A DNA stretch of 64,000 bases. Origin: an uncultured Gammaproteobacteria bacterium. Its GTDB lineage: Bacteria > Patescibacteriota > Patescibacteriia > GWA2-47-26. Under the pieces are notes generated by a model. It did not search any database, was not told the DNA's origin, and worked only from the letters and a program-made list of their open reading frames with translations. The stretch covers positions 11,227 through 75,226 of the forward strand of contig CAZHIP010000001.1 in NCBI GenBank assembly GCA_964532925.1. Direction: 5' to 3'. Both the position numbers and the translations under genes were made by a program. Position 1 is the first letter of the stretch, and every line of letters begins with the position of its first letter. Of the stretch, positions 1-10,418 are shown in pieces.

Positions 1-272
1 GGTGGCTTACCTACCAACTTTTCAAGAGTATACTCACCGCGCTTGATTGGCGTGTCGGTGCTTATCATACGCAGGTTCCTAGTCACATAGTGAATGCGGT
101 GTCTGACTGGGAATTAAACTTCGTTGGGTATTTGCGCATGAATCTGAGGAAGCGTTTGAATGATCCATTCATGTATGGGTGTGCGCAGGAGCTCCTCGAT
201 CAACTCTGGGGTTTGCGTCAAAAAATTCGCGCAGCATACCCAACAGGCATTCCGGGGGATTCAAGAGTATAG
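1..272 (+). CDS. 3' end of a gene that begins upstream of the window (hypothetical protein)
   Basis: Frame 3 is open from position 3 to the stop at 270-272. No recognisable motif in the roughly 90 aa visible. Confidence 0.3.
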   Translation, partial: WLTYQLFKSILTALDWRVGAYHTQVPSHIVNAVSDWELNFVGYLRMNLRKRLNDPFMYGCAQELLDQLWGLRQKIRAAYPTGIPGDSRV

Positions 273-293
273 ATTTTAATGCACCTTCTCGAT

Positions 294-329
294 AAGGCGC
301 TCACCTCGGTGTGCGCCTTTTGTCTTTTT
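294..329. terminator. Rho-independent terminator hairpin, likely bidirectional
   Basis: aaggcgc-tcacctcggtgt-gcgcctt stem-loop followed by ttgtcttttt. A second hairpin with a T-run on the opposite strand lies at about 336-370. Confidence 0.55.
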
Positions 330-589
330 AAAAACGAGAAACCCGAAGCAAGTGCTCCGGGTTGGAAAAGGTGCGGTTCATGATTGTTTACCGGCGAAGG
401 ATTTCGCTCAAGGTGCGAAGGGGTCCCCAGGTTCCCTGTTTCGACTGCTCACTTGCCGAGGCACGAAGCAAGCAGTTGCTGCAGGTTCCGCAGGAGCTCT
501 CGCTGGCGAGTGATGCTTTGTCTGGTTCAGGGCAGACCACATTGCGCAGCTTCGGTTCTGCGTTTCGAAACAAGCAGAGTATTTCTGTA

Positions 590-1396
590 TCAGGTTGCTT
601 TGGCGACATTGCTCACCTCCAGATCGTCTTTAGGAAAACCTTCTTTGAGTTCATAGTCTTTGTAGAGCTTGGGAAGCATGGCGTCAGGTCGCCACAGTTT
701 CTTGATCTCGAGGATGTCATCGGCGGTCTGATACTTGCCACCTTCAGTGGCATAGCTGGTTGCCAATTCATCGACCTGAAAGAAAGGTATCTGCGCGATG
801 CGCATACCAACCACCAGAGGAATAGAGCACTCCTCCATGTGGTTAGTGATCTCCATGGTCCATCGGTTGATGTACCCAAGATCACCCCAGCCGGCGCATT
901 TGCAGACCGTGATGCCGATGCGACCCATGGAGGAGCGCGCTCGCATCTCGGTTGAGACACACGTACGTCCGCCAATGAACTCGAGTGTGTGCGCGAGAAT
1001 CGTCTGTCCCGGATTTATCAGAATGACCTGGCAGTCATCAGGGATGCGATGGATCACGATGCCGTGCTCTTTCCATTCGTGGACAGTAAGCGCGTCGCAT
1101 GGCTGTCCCCAGCGTTGCCGTACCTGCTCTTCAATGAATGGATTGAAGATGCGATTCTTTCCATGAGGCAGTTTTTGCTCACGGTAGAAGTAGCGTCCGA
1201 GCCGCACATCGTAGCTCGTGGTCTTCAGGTCGCGCGGATTGCCATCGAGATCTTTTGATTCGTTGGCATCTGCGAGATGTTTGAAGCAGATGGGGTCGAT
1301 TACGATGTTGCCGAGCTTGATGTGCTCAAGCACAATATCGCGCGAAAGGAGCGATCGCCCTGGCGGCGGCTTTACGAAAAAATCATGTGCGTTCAT
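590..1396 (-). CDS. dcd: dCTP deaminase-like protein (Dcd/dUTPase superfamily), long form
   Basis: Translation contains SYDVRLG and RSSMGRIGI, matching Dcd signature segments. Start refined to the ATG at 1396 (MNAHDFF), which is preceded by GGAGG with a 5-nt spacer. Confidence 0.6.
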   Translation of the reverse strand: MNAHDFFVKPPPGRSLLSRDIVLEHIKLGNIVIDPICFKHLADANESKDLDGNPRDLKTTSYDVRLGRYFYREQKLPHGKNRIFNPFIEEQVRQRWGQPCDALTVHEWKEHGIVIHRIPDDCQVILINPGQTILAHTLEFIGGRTCVSTEMRARSSMGRIGITVCKCAGWGDLGYINRWTMEITNHMEECSIPLVVGMRIAQIPFFQVDELATSYATEGGKYQTADDILEIKKLWRPDAMLPKLYKDYELKEGFPKDDLEVSNVAKAT

Positions 1397-1524
1397 GTGC
1401 ACCTCCTGAGTCGGATGGTATCCCACCGTGGTAATGGCGTCAAAAAAGCCTATTTTTTAAGCATAAGTCCCTATTTACGCGTAAGCTTTATCATGCTACA
1501 CTCTACGGGCAAATACGATTTCCC

Positions 1525-3519
1525 ATGAATGTCACTGAATTAGCCCGTCGTTTACGGGTCAACACCGAAGAATTGAAGAACGTGCTTCCGGGCATGGGCT
1601 TTGACTTTGGTCGCCGTGCCATCAAAATTCCCGACCTTGTTGCCTGGAAGATCATCAACGCCTGGCCGTCCTACATTCGTGAACAGCAGAAAAAGAAAGA
1701 AGCCGAACGCGATACCGAGCGTTTGAGTGTTGCGCGTGAAGCTGCAAAAGACATTATGTTGCCGCCAGTCTTTAGTGTCAAAGAATTTGCCGCCTATTTG
1801 GGTTTGCCGGTAACGCGCGTTATTGCTGAACTCATGAAGAACGGCATTTTGGCCGCCATGAACGAGCGAATTGACTACACAACCGCGAGTATTATTGCCA
1901 ATGACCTTGGTTTTTCGGTCAAAGCGAAAGAAAAGGACACCGCCGCCAGTGTGTACGAAGAAACCGCCGACGATACGGTCAAGGAACTCATGGGCAAAGA
2001 AGTCGGGCAGGTGCTCGAAGCTCGTCCGCCGGTGGTGGTCATTATGGGTCACGTTGATCACGGGAAGACTACCCTTCTTGATGCTATTCGCCGCACGAAC
2101 GTTGTTGCCAAAGAAGCTGGTGGCATTACGCAACATATTGGCGCCTATCAAGTAGAAAAGAAAGACCGTCACATTACATTTATCGACACTCCTGGCCACG
2201 AAGCATTTACGACCATGCGTTCTCGTGGTGCGCGTATTGCCGATGTTGCAGTCTTAGTTGTTGCCGCAGACGATGGTGTGCAGCCACAAACACTCGAAGC
2301 ACTTTCAATTATTCAGGCCACCAAAGTACCCTACGCGATTGCGGTTAATAAAATGGATAAACCAGCCGCCGACCCAGAACGCGTCAAACGCGAATTGTCG
2401 GAAAAAGGTGTTATTCCTGAAGATTGGGGAGGTCCGGTACCATTTGTACAGCTTTCTGCGAAGACCGGTGATGGTATCGATGGTCTGCTCGATGTGGTCC
2501 TTATTCTTGCGGATATCAACAAAGATGCAATCATGGCTGACCCGAACGGTCGCGCCATTGGTACGGTTATTGAATCGCACGTTGATGACAAAGAAGGCGT
2601 ACTTGCAACAGTTCTTGTTCAAAACGGCACGTTGAAGCGCGGTGACACCCTCGGTGTTCGCGGTGTTCTCTATGGTCGCGTTCGTGCACTCAAAGATTGG
2701 GCACGCAAAGATGTTTTAAATGTAAAACCAGGTACTCCTGTGCAGGTGTTGGGTCTCAAATCAGCACCAGAAGTCGGTGATGTTATTTCGGTACCACTCG
2801 AAGGCGAAGAACTTTCTTCACAAAAGTTTAAACATCGTGCAACACAGGAACCGTCGGTCATGATTACCGCACCAGCTGAATCGGGTGACGAGACAACGGT
2901 TCGCAACTTCAACATGGTTCTTAAAGCCGACGTGCTTGGTTCACTCGAGGCCATTGTGGCGAGTGTCGAAAAGATTAATACGCCAGAGGTAAAAGCTCGC
3001 GTGATCGCGAAAGGTCTCGGCAATATCACCGAGACCGACATTACGCATGCAGAAACAGGCCAAGCGGTGGTGTATGGTTTTAATGTGAATGCATCACTTA
3101 TCATTAACGACCTTGCACGCACGAAAGGTGTTGATATTCGCATGTACAAAATTATTTATGAACTTCTCGACAACGTGAAGCTTGAGATGGAGAAGTTGCT
3201 CGCACCAGAACTCATCCGTACGTCTGTTGGCCGTATTAAAATCATGCGTATTTTCCGCCAAGAGAAGAATGTGGCCATTACCGGTGGTCGCGTGGAAGAC
3301 GGAAAAGCAATCAAAAAATTGCCCGTCATCGTCATGCGTAATGGTGTCTTTGTTGGCAAAGGTAAGCTTACCGAAGTACAATCAGGCAAGCAGCCGGTAG
3401 ACGAGCTCCCGGGTGGCTCCGAAGGTGGTTTCAAAATTGAAGGCAAGTTTACGATGGAAGAAGGCGACGTGGTCGAAGTTATCCGCGAAGAGGAGCGCGA
3501 ACGACACCTCGAAGATTAG
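1525..3519 (+). CDS. infB: translation initiation factor IF-2
   Basis: GTP-binding motifs [15 protein letters not shown] and DTPGHEAF, with a C-terminal IF-2 beta-barrel region; 664 aa. Confidence 0.95.
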   Translation: MNVTELARRLRVNTEELKNVLPGMGFDFGRRAIKIPDLVAWKIINAWPSYIREQQKKKEAERDTERLSVAREAAKDIMLPPVFSVKEFAAYLGLPVTRVIAELMKNGILAAMNERIDYTTASIIANDLGFSVKAKEKDTAASVYEETADDTVKELMGKEVGQVLEARPPVVVIMGHVDHGKTTLLDAIRRTNVVAKEAGGITQHIGAYQVEKKDRHITFIDTPGHEAFTTMRSRGARIADVAVLVVAADDGVQPQTLEALSIIQATKVPYAIAVNKMDKPAADPERVKRELSEKGVIPEDWGGPVPFVQLSAKTGDGIDGLLDVVLILADINKDAIMADPNGRAIGTVIESHVDDKEGVLATVLVQNGTLKRGDTLGVRGVLYGRVRALKDWARKDVLNVKPGTPVQVLGLKSAPEVGDVISVPLEGEELSSQKFKHRATQEPSVMITAPAESGDETTVRNFNMVLKADVLGSLEAIVASVEKINTPEVKARVIAKGLGNITETDITHAETGQAVVYGFNVNASLIINDLARTKGVDIRMYKIIYELLDNVKLEMEKLLAPELIRTSVGRIKIMRIFRQEKNVAITGGRVEDGKAIKKLPVIVMRNGVFVGKGKLTEVQSGKQPVDELPGGSEGGFKIEGKFTMEEGDVVEVIREEERERHLED

Positions 3520-3592
3520 TTCTCTTAGATATTAAAATCCAACGGCCAAGCATTGGTTTGGTTTTTGGCTTTTGATATTTGACTGCATTCTT

Positions 3593-3910
3593 ATGGTCCA
3601 CACGATTACTGATCAGAACTTTCAAGCAGAAGTGTTAGAGAGCGACATGGTAACGTTGGTTGATTTTTGGGCACCGTGGTGTGGTCCATGTAAAATCATG
3701 GGACCTGTCATCGACGAAATTGCCGCAGAGATGCCGAACATTAAATTCGGCAAGATGAATGTTGATGAACAGGCAGAAACACCATCGCATTATCAGGTCA
3801 TGTCGATTCCAACGATGATCGTTTTTAAAGGTGGCAAACCAATGGATCAGATGATTGGCGTACAGGACAAAAATGCCATGAAGAAAAAGCTCGAGGCATT
3901 CGCGAAATAA
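3593..3910 (+). CDS. trxA: thioredoxin
   Basis: WAPWCGPCK active site. Start moved to the ATG at 3593 to give the typical ~29-aa spacing before the CGPC site; the ORF track begins at a TTG at 3572. Confidence 0.85.
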   Translation: MVHTITDQNFQAEVLESDMVTLVDFWAPWCGPCKIMGPVIDEIAAEMPNIKFGKMNVDEQAETPSHYQVMSIPTMIVFKGGKPMDQMIGVQDKNAMKKKLEAFAK

Positions 3911-3919
3911 GCTATCGTC

Positions 3920-4849
3920 ATGGAAAAAGTCATTATTATTGGTGCGGGGCCAGCAGGATACACCGCCGCAATCTATGCAGCGCGTGCGGATTTAAAACCT
4001 TTGATGTTCGAAGGTTTACAGCCAGGCGGACAATTGACGACAACCACTGATGTTGAGAATTTCCCGGGGTTTCCAAAAGGTGTTATGGGACCCGATCTCA
4101 TGATTGCCATGAAAGAACAGGCGGTGCGGTTTGGCACGCGCGTTGAAACCAAGAATGTTGATCGCGTTGATTTCTCCGGTGATGTCAAAAAGGTCTATGT
4201 GGGCGATGAGGTACATGAGGCAACAACCGTGATTATTGCCACTGGTGCTACAGCAAAGCGTATTGGTCTCTCGGCAGAGCAAGCGCTCTATGGTCGTGGA
4301 GTATCAGCATGCGCAACCTGCGATGCGCCACTCTTTAAGGGTAAGAAAAATGTATTGGTTGTTGGTGGAGGAGATAGCGCAATGGAAGAAGCGCTGTTTC
4401 TCACCAAGTTTGTTGAGACGGTAACCATTGTGCATCGTCGCGACGCGTTCCGTGCCTCAAAGATCATGCAAGACCGCGTCCTCAAACATCCAAAAATTAA
4501 GATCTTGTGGAATAGCGCAGTCGTAGATATTTTGGGCGTTGAAGTGGGTCACGTGACGGGCGCAAAAATAAAAAACACTCAAACAGAAGAAGTGAGTGAG
4601 GTAGTTTGCGATGGTGTTTTTGCTGCGATCGGGCACGAACCGAACGTGAAGTTTTTAAACGGCGCATTACCGCTCGATGAAAAAGGGTATATTGCAACAA
4701 CGAGCCCGAACACGGTGACAACAAATATCTCTGGTGTGTTTGCGTGCGGTGATGTGATGGATTCGCGCTATCGCCAAGCTATTACCGCCGCTGGAACTGG
4801 TTGTATGGCCGCCATCGAGGCAGAGAAGTACCTCGAGGAGCATGAGTAA
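3920..4849 (+). CDS. trxB: thioredoxin-disulfide reductase
   Basis: FAD motif IIGAGPAGYTAA, redox-active CATCDA, NADPH motif GGGDSA; 309 aa; lies immediately after trxA. Confidence 0.9.
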   Translation: MEKVIIIGAGPAGYTAAIYAARADLKPLMFEGLQPGGQLTTTTDVENFPGFPKGVMGPDLMIAMKEQAVRFGTRVETKNVDRVDFSGDVKKVYVGDEVHEATTVIIATGATAKRIGLSAEQALYGRGVSACATCDAPLFKGKKNVLVVGGGDSAMEEALFLTKFVETVTIVHRRDAFRASKIMQDRVLKHPKIKILWNSAVVDILGVEVGHVTGAKIKNTQTEEVSEVVCDGVFAAIGHEPNVKFLNGALPLDEKGYIATTSPNTVTTNISGVFACGDVMDSRYRQAITAAGTGCMAAIEAEKYLEEHE

Positions 4850-4872
4850 CATGTAGTGGTATAAAATAAAGG

Positions 4873-4907
4873 AACCGGTCCGAAAGTCTTCGGGCCGGTT
4901 TTTGTTT
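4873..4907 (+). terminator. Rho-independent terminator after trxB
   Basis: aaccggtccgaaagtcttcgggccggtt hairpin followed by tttttgttt. Confidence 0.6.
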
Positions 4908-4918
4908 GGCCGTTCTTT

Positions 4919-5365
4919 TTACTTTTTAATGAGCACAAACCCGCTGATGCTAGGTTTGTATGCCGCAGTTGCAAGAGTGTGGGAGATGAGTCCCATGTGT
5001 GACGACTTGGCAGCAGAGGAGCGTCGAGATGGTGGCAAGAGTATAGGGCTGTATTTTTCGGAGATTCCGTCACGTCCAGTACGGTTTTCTAAGGTGCCCA
5101 AGGCAACGATGCCGGTGATCGGGTACGTATTGAAAAAAGAACTCATGTCGTAGCGTTGTGATCTCACGATTGCATTGAGATGGTGCTGGTGCCCGAGATC
5201 AAACCCTTGCGTGTTCGCAAAGTGCAGTACGTCTTCGCGGTGCAGTAGTTTTGTGGTGCGGTCGGTCCAACCCGTGAAGATGCCAACACAAAGCGTGTGC
5301 TTTGCTAGGTGCTGGGGATCAACAGGGATTACCTCGAAGACGGGATTCGCGCTGTGTGGATTCAT
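4919..5365 (-). CDS. hypothetical protein (148 aa)
   Basis: Start set at MNPHSANP. Its ATG overlaps the stop of the upstream HAD gene in an ATGA arrangement. A GHQHH segment is vaguely phosphoesterase-like, but the N-terminal metal-binding motifs are absent. Confidence 0.4.
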   Translation of the reverse strand: MNPHSANPVFEVIPVDPQHLAKHTLCVGIFTGWTDRTTKLLHREDVLHFANTQGFDLGHQHHLNAIVRSQRYDMSSFFNTYPITGIVALGTLENRTGRDGISEKYSPILLPPSRRSSAAKSSHMGLISHTLATAAYKPSISGFVLIKK

Positions 5366-6027
5366 GTGCGCCTCGGGAGTTTCTCGGTGAGCGTGAGACC
5401 ATGCAGCGCAAGATCTCGGACGAGTGATCGGTGGCAACGGTAGTGGATTCCGTGCAGGCCATGCGACTGAGCCGCTCGTACGTTTTCTTCGCGATCATCG
5501 ATGAAGATGCACTGAGCTGGTACTGCGCGCACATGTTGCCGTGCATACGCAATGGCAATTTCGTACATCCGTGGTTCGGGTTTGACTGATTGAATGTGCG
5601 GATGCCAGGACTGGACTTCGTGGTCGAAGAGTTCGTGAAGTGCCTCGCCGGGGTGGCGGTGGTGCATCGCAAGAAACGGATCAATGTTGGTACACGAAAT
5701 GATGGTCAGGTCGTGTTGATCTGCGATTGCGCGAATGTGATCGATCACTGTGTGTTCCGGAGCGTGGTCGCCCTCGCGTTGCCACGCTTCATGGAATGTC
5801 TGCATGGAGACGTTCACTCGAAACCGAGCACACAATTCTTGGTGTAGTGCGGATGCATTGATTGCTCCGCGACTAAACGAGACAAAGAGAGCATCGGGAT
5901 CAGTCCATAGTCGATGAATTTGTTCGGGTGACACCGAGAATACGCGAGCCAGAGCCGCGCACCAGAGCTCAAGATTCCAGCGGATAAGCACACCGCCAAC
6001 GTCGAGAACCAACACCTTGATATTCAA
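5362..6027 (-). CDS. HAD-superfamily hydrolase (family IA-like)
   Basis: Motif I VLVLDVGGVL near the N-terminus and FIDDREENV (motif IV). Start refined to the TTG at 6025-6027, preceded by AAGAGGTG. Confidence 0.6.
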   Translation of the reverse strand: MNIKVLVLDVGGVLIRWNLELWCAALARVFSVSPEQIHRLWTDPDALFVSFSRGAINASALHQELCARFRVNVSMQTFHEAWQREGDHAPEHTVIDHIRAIADQHDLTIISCTNIDPFLAMHHRHPGEALHELFDHEVQSWHPHIQSVKPEPRMYEIAIAYARQHVRAVPAQCIFIDDREENVRAAQSHGLHGIHYRCHRSLVRDLALHGLTLTEKLPRRT

Positions 6028-6195
6028 TGAACACCTCTTGGGTAAGAGAACTGGAACGAGTATACTTGACCGTCCTGTGTTCGCCAAGAGGCGGCGTAGT
6101 TGCGAAAGTGTCGCCATGCAGGTACGCTTTTATGGCACTATAATTTGAACACACCTATGCATTTTACTGATCAACTAAAATCCGTTGGAAAGAAG

Positions 6196-7404
6196 ATGAA
6201 ATTTGATAGCGCAATACTGGAGCGACTGCTGACGCCAGAGCGGGTCGTTGAGGTTTCGGTGCCGCTTACTCGCGACAACGGGAAAAAAGAAATCTATCGC
6301 GGGTATCGGGTGCAGTGGAATAGCGCGCGCGGGCCATACAAAGGTGGTTTGCGATTTCATCCAAAAGTTGATTTGAAAGAAGCAGGCATGCTCGCGATGC
6401 TTATGGCCGTAAAGTGCGCGGTAATGGATTTGCCGCTTGGTGGTGGCAAGGGTGGTGTAGCGGTTGACCCAAAAACATTGTCAAAAAAAGAGCTGGAAAG
6501 TCTCACGCGAAACTTTACGCGACTCATTGCGCCCGTGATTGGACCTGACAAAGATATTCCGGCACCCGATGTAAATACGAATGGCCAGATCATGCACTGG
6601 ATTGTTGATGAATATTCAAAAGTGGTGGGAAAGAAAACCCCCGGCGTAGTAACCGGCAAACGACTAGAAGACGGCGGTATCGAAGGTCGCGATGAAGCAA
6701 CAGGCTATGGAGGATTTGTTGCACTCGAAGCGTTTCGGATCGCAACTCCTTCTGTGTCCTTAAAACGCAAGACGATAGTCATTCAAGGTTTTGGAAATGT
6801 GGGTTCGTGGATGGCGCACTTTGCGCATGATGCAGGATATACCGTATTGGCTGTTTCTGATTCAAAGAATGGGATTGTTGATACCACTGGCGATGGGTTG
6901 AGTCCGAGCGAGCTCATTGAACTCAAAAAACAACACAAGAGTTTTGCAGAGATTGTGAAATCAAAACTCGCCAACAAAGATAAGCGGTTTGCACTCATGA
7001 GTAACGCAAAGCTGTTAGAAATTCCGTGTGATGTGCTCGTTCCCGCGGCGCTCGAAAACCAAATCACCAAGAAAAACGCTCGCAAGATCAAAGCAAAAGT
7101 TATTATTGAATTGGCCAATGGTGGCGTTGACCCGTCCGTTGATGCTCTGTTTGCGAAGCGTGGTATTCCCGTGATTCCTGATGTGTTCGCAAATGCCGGT
7201 GGCGTGACCGTGTCGTGCTATGAGTGGCAGCAAAATCTCAAAGGCACCAATCGCAAGCGTGATGAGGTTTTGGCTGAATTAAAATCAGCTATGGAGAAAA
7301 ACTTTGCCGCAATTGCCGAGCGCAAAAAGAAATCAAAAATCACCTGGCGTGAAGCGGCCTACTGGGTTGCACTCGAGAGGATTACCAAAGCGATGCAACA
7401 GTAA
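6196..7404 (+). CDS. gdhA: NAD(P)-dependent glutamate dehydrogenase
   Basis: KGGLRFHP...LPLGGGKGG Glu/Leu/Phe/Val dehydrogenase signature. Start chosen at the ATG at 6196 (MKFDSAILERL), preceded by GGAAAGAAG; in-frame alternative starts exist at 6157 and 6100. Confidence 0.85.
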   Translation: MKFDSAILERLLTPERVVEVSVPLTRDNGKKEIYRGYRVQWNSARGPYKGGLRFHPKVDLKEAGMLAMLMAVKCAVMDLPLGGGKGGVAVDPKTLSKKELESLTRNFTRLIAPVIGPDKDIPAPDVNTNGQIMHWIVDEYSKVVGKKTPGVVTGKRLEDGGIEGRDEATGYGGFVALEAFRIATPSVSLKRKTIVIQGFGNVGSWMAHFAHDAGYTVLAVSDSKNGIVDTTGDGLSPSELIELKKQHKSFAEIVKSKLANKDKRFALMSNAKLLEIPCDVLVPAALENQITKKNARKIKAKVIIELANGGVDPSVDALFAKRGIPVIPDVFANAGGVTVSCYEWQQNLKGTNRKRDEVLAELKSAMEKNFAAIAERKKKSKITWREAAYWVALERITKAMQQ

Positions 7405-7476
7405 TTGACCAGCGCAGAAGGTCTTCGGTATGCTATCTGAGTACTAATTATTTATTTCATTGATATGGAGGATCAC

Positions 7477-7770
7477 ATGAAAGAAGTGCTCGAGGTTGTG
7501 CAGTCCCTAAAGAGTGACATGCTTTTCTTAAAAGAGAACATGGTGTCTAAAGAGGATCTGAGGCAGGAAATCCATGCCAGCGAAAAGCGGATCATTTTAG
7601 GTGTTTGTGGATTTATAGAAGACAATATTACACCACAGCTTGATAGCATGAATAATCGTATGGGTGTAATGAATCAGGAAATAGGTGTCATGAGTGGTCG
7701 TATGGATACCATGAGTGGCGATATTCGTCTCATAAAAACAGCACTTGGGCGACCCATCCTACACACGTAA
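7477..7770 (+). CDS. small hypothetical protein (97 aa) in an AT-rich intergenic island
   Basis: ATG at 7477 preceded by GGAGGA with a 4-nt spacer. The C-terminal half has repeated Met-containing heptad-like segments. No recognisable domain. Confidence 0.45.
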   Translation: MKEVLEVVQSLKSDMLFLKENMVSKEDLRQEIHASEKRIILGVCGFIEDNITPQLDSMNNRMGVMNQEIGVMSGRMDTMSGDIRLIKTALGRPILHT

Positions 7771-7864
7771 TTACCAATCAGAAAACGCACGATTTTGGCC
7801 AGTTTCCGTCTAGGCCTGGAGTTTGGTAGTATTAGCATATTAGTGTGCTATATCTGTATTCATT

Positions 7865-10288
7865 ATGGTAAACAAGTACAATCCAGCGGATTTTGAGGCA
7901 AAGTGGCAGAAGCGATGGGAAGAAGCCAAGATTGGTGAGGTAAAAAACGGCCACAAAGGCGAAAAAGCCATGCTGTTGGTTATGTTCCCGTATCCATCAG
8001 GTGCTGGACTGCATGTTGGTCATGTTGAGTCATATGCAGGAACCGATATCTTAGCGCGGACGTTACGCATGCAAGGCAAACAGGTGATGCAGCCTATGGG
8101 TTGGGACGCCTTTGGGTTGCCAGCGGAGAACTATGCCATCAAGTCCGGTATTCACCCTGCCATTACCACTGCTGAAAACATTGCCACGTTTAAGCGGCAG
8201 ATCAAATCTCTGGGGCTTTCGTACGACTGGTCACGCGAGGTAAATACGACTGATCCAACATATTACAAATGGACGCAGTGGATTTTTATCCAGCTCTTTA
8301 AGCACGGTCTTGCCTACGAAGCCGAAGCGCCGATTAACTGGTGTCCGAAAGATAAGACGGGGCTCGCGAACGAAGAAGTCGTGGGAGGGAAGTGTGATCG
8401 TTGTGGCACCGAGGTCGAGAAGAAAAATATTCGCCAATGGTTGGTTCGGATTACCGACCCAAAATATATTGATCGCCTCGAAGATGATTTGGAAAAAGTT
8501 GACTGGCCGGAGAGCATTAAAAGTTTGCAGAAAAACTGGATTGGGAAGAGTGAAGGGGCAGAGCTTTCGTTTGCTATCAAAGATAGTGCAGAAAAAATTA
8601 CAGTGTTCACCACACGTCCCGACACCTTGTTCGGTGTGACCTATGTTGTGCTATCGCCAGAACACACGCTCATTGCGTCGCTCAAAGAAAAAGTGACCAA
8701 TCGCGCCGACGTCGAAGCATATATCGAACAAGTTGCGAATACGTCTGAGGTTGACCGGATGGCAGCGGCGAAGGAAAAGACCGGAGTTGCACTTGAGGGT
8801 GTGTTTGCAACGAACCCCGTGAATGGAGAACAGGTTCCGGTGTGGATTGCAGACTATGTGTTAGCTTCGTATGGCACTGGTGCAGTCATGGCAGTGCCGG
8901 CGCACGACGAACGCGATTTTGAGTTTGCAAAAAAATACAATTTACCGATAAAAGAAGTGGTTAAAGGCGGCGAGCTTCCATTTACCGGTGATGGTGCTGC
9001 AATCAATTCCGATTTTATTAACGAGTTGCCAACGTGGAAGGCGAAAGCAGATGTCGTGAGCTGGCTTACCGAACATGGCCACGGAGAAAAGCGCGTGCAA
9101 TATCATTTGCGCGACTGGTTGTTTTCTCGTCAGCGCTATTGGGGTGAACCAATTCCGATTGTGCATTGCGAGAAGTGTGGCAATGTTCCCGTTCCGGAAT
9201 CCGAACTACCGCTCATGCTTCCAGAAGTAGAAAAATATGAACCAACGGGTACGGGTGAATCGCCACTTGCCGCACTCACTGATTGGGTGAATACAAAGTG
9301 CCCAACGTGTAAGGGTGATGCCAAACGCGAGACAAATACCATGCCGCAGTGGGCAGGTTCGAACTGGTATTTCTTGCGCTACTGCGATCCAAAAAATGAC
9401 AAAGAATTGGCAAGTGCGGCGGCTATTAAAGAATGGATGCCAGCCGATGTCTACGTCGGTGGCGCCGAACACGCGGTGCTTCATTTACTCTACGCGCGCT
9501 TCATTTACAAGTTCCTCTTCGACATTGGTGCTGTGCCAAAAGAAGTGGGCGATGAGCCGTTCATGAAGCTCAAAAATCAGGGCATGATCTTGGGTACCGA
9601 CAACCAGAAGATGAGTAAGTCGCGTGGCAATGTCGTGAACCCCGATGAAATGGTTGAGCGCTTTGGCGCAGACGCGCTTCGCATGTACGAAATGTTTATG
9701 GGTCCGTTTGATGCAGAAAAACCATGGGACACGAACGGCATGGTTGGCGTGCGCCGGTTCCTCGAACGTGTGTGGGGAATTCGCATGGCTAAACTTTCAA
9801 CCGAGAAGGCAGACAAGTCTGCGGAAATTACGCGCCTCACGCACAAGACGATCAAAAAAGTTGGCGAGGATATTGCCGACTTCCGATTCAATACAGCAGT
9901 CTCGGCAATGATGATTTTGGTGAACGAAATGAATGCACTCGAAGCCGTGCCACAGACGCTGTACGAAAAATTACTCATGATACTCGCACCATTTGCACCA
10001 CACGTTGCCGAAGAGTTGTGGTCCATGCTCGGGCACACTAATCTTGTCGCCGAAGAAAAGTGGCCAACCTACGACGAAGCGCTGACGATTGATGATGAAG
10101 TCGTTATTCCGGTGCAGGTAAACGGCAAACTGCGGGATACCATTACGGTGCCGCGCGAAGCAACGAAAGAAACTATTGAAGCCAAAGCCCGGGCGTCAGA
10201 AAAAGTACAGAAGTCGCTTGCCGGCAAAGAAATAATTCGCGTAGTTACGGTGCCAGGTAAGATGTGTAATATTGTAGTGAAAGAGTAG
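7865..10288 (+). CDS. leuS: leucyl-tRNA synthetase
   Basis: HVGHVESY (HIGH-class motif), KMSKS present as QKMSKSRGNVV; 807 aa with the editing-domain region. Confidence 0.95.
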   Translation: MVNKYNPADFEAKWQKRWEEAKIGEVKNGHKGEKAMLLVMFPYPSGAGLHVGHVESYAGTDILARTLRMQGKQVMQPMGWDAFGLPAENYAIKSGIHPAITTAENIATFKRQIKSLGLSYDWSREVNTTDPTYYKWTQWIFIQLFKHGLAYEAEAPINWCPKDKTGLANEEVVGGKCDRCGTEVEKKNIRQWLVRITDPKYIDRLEDDLEKVDWPESIKSLQKNWIGKSEGAELSFAIKDSAEKITVFTTRPDTLFGVTYVVLSPEHTLIASLKEKVTNRADVEAYIEQVANTSEVDRMAAAKEKTGVALEGVFATNPVNGEQVPVWIADYVLASYGTGAVMAVPAHDERDFEFAKKYNLPIKEVVKGGELPFTGDGAAINSDFINELPTWKAKADVVSWLTEHGHGEKRVQYHLRDWLFSRQRYWGEPIPIVHCEKCGNVPVPESELPLMLPEVEKYEPTGTGESPLAALTDWVNTKCPTCKGDAKRETNTMPQWAGSNWYFLRYCDPKNDKELASAAAIKEWMPADVYVGGAEHAVLHLLYARFIYKFLFDIGAVPKEVGDEPFMKLKNQGMILGTDNQKMSKSRGNVVNPDEMVERFGADALRMYEMFMGPFDAEKPWDTNGMVGVRRFLERVWGIRMAKLSTEKADKSAEITRLTHKTIKKVGEDIADFRFNTAVSAMMILVNEMNALEAVPQTLYEKLLMILAPFAPHVAEELWSMLGHTNLVAEEKWPTYDEALTIDDEVVIPVQVNGKLRDTITVPREATKETIEAKARASEKVQKSLAGKEIIRVVTVPGKMCNIVVKE

Positions 10289-10342
10289 GCAACCCTTCGA
10301 CAGGCCTGCCTACCGGCAAAGGCAGGCTCAGGGAATAAATTA

Positions 10343-10380
10343 AAAACCGCTTGCATCAGCGTTGACGAAGGCGGTTTTTT
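10343..10380 (+). terminator. Rho-independent terminator after leuS
   Basis: aaaaccgcttgcatcagcgttgacgaaggcgg hairpin plus tttttt. An additional upstream hairpin lies at 10304-10327. Confidence 0.55.
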
Positions 10381-10418
10381 GATGTATCTTTTCTGCAGTT
10401 TCTACAAGGGGGGAAATA

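Noticed and set aside
362-955. ORFs of 197 aa and 120 aa on the plus/minus strands overlapping the dcd coding region
   Set aside because: They lie antisense or out of frame to a gene with clear Dcd motifs and a good SD. They have no start-site support and no motifs, so they are shadow ORFs typical of GC-rich coding DNA.
4919-5365. Metallophosphoesterase (YfcE-like) annotation for the 148-aa protein
   Set aside because: Only a weak GHQHH / NTYPITG resemblance to the C-terminal MPE motifs. The N-terminal D-x-H, GD and GNHD metal-binding motifs are missing.
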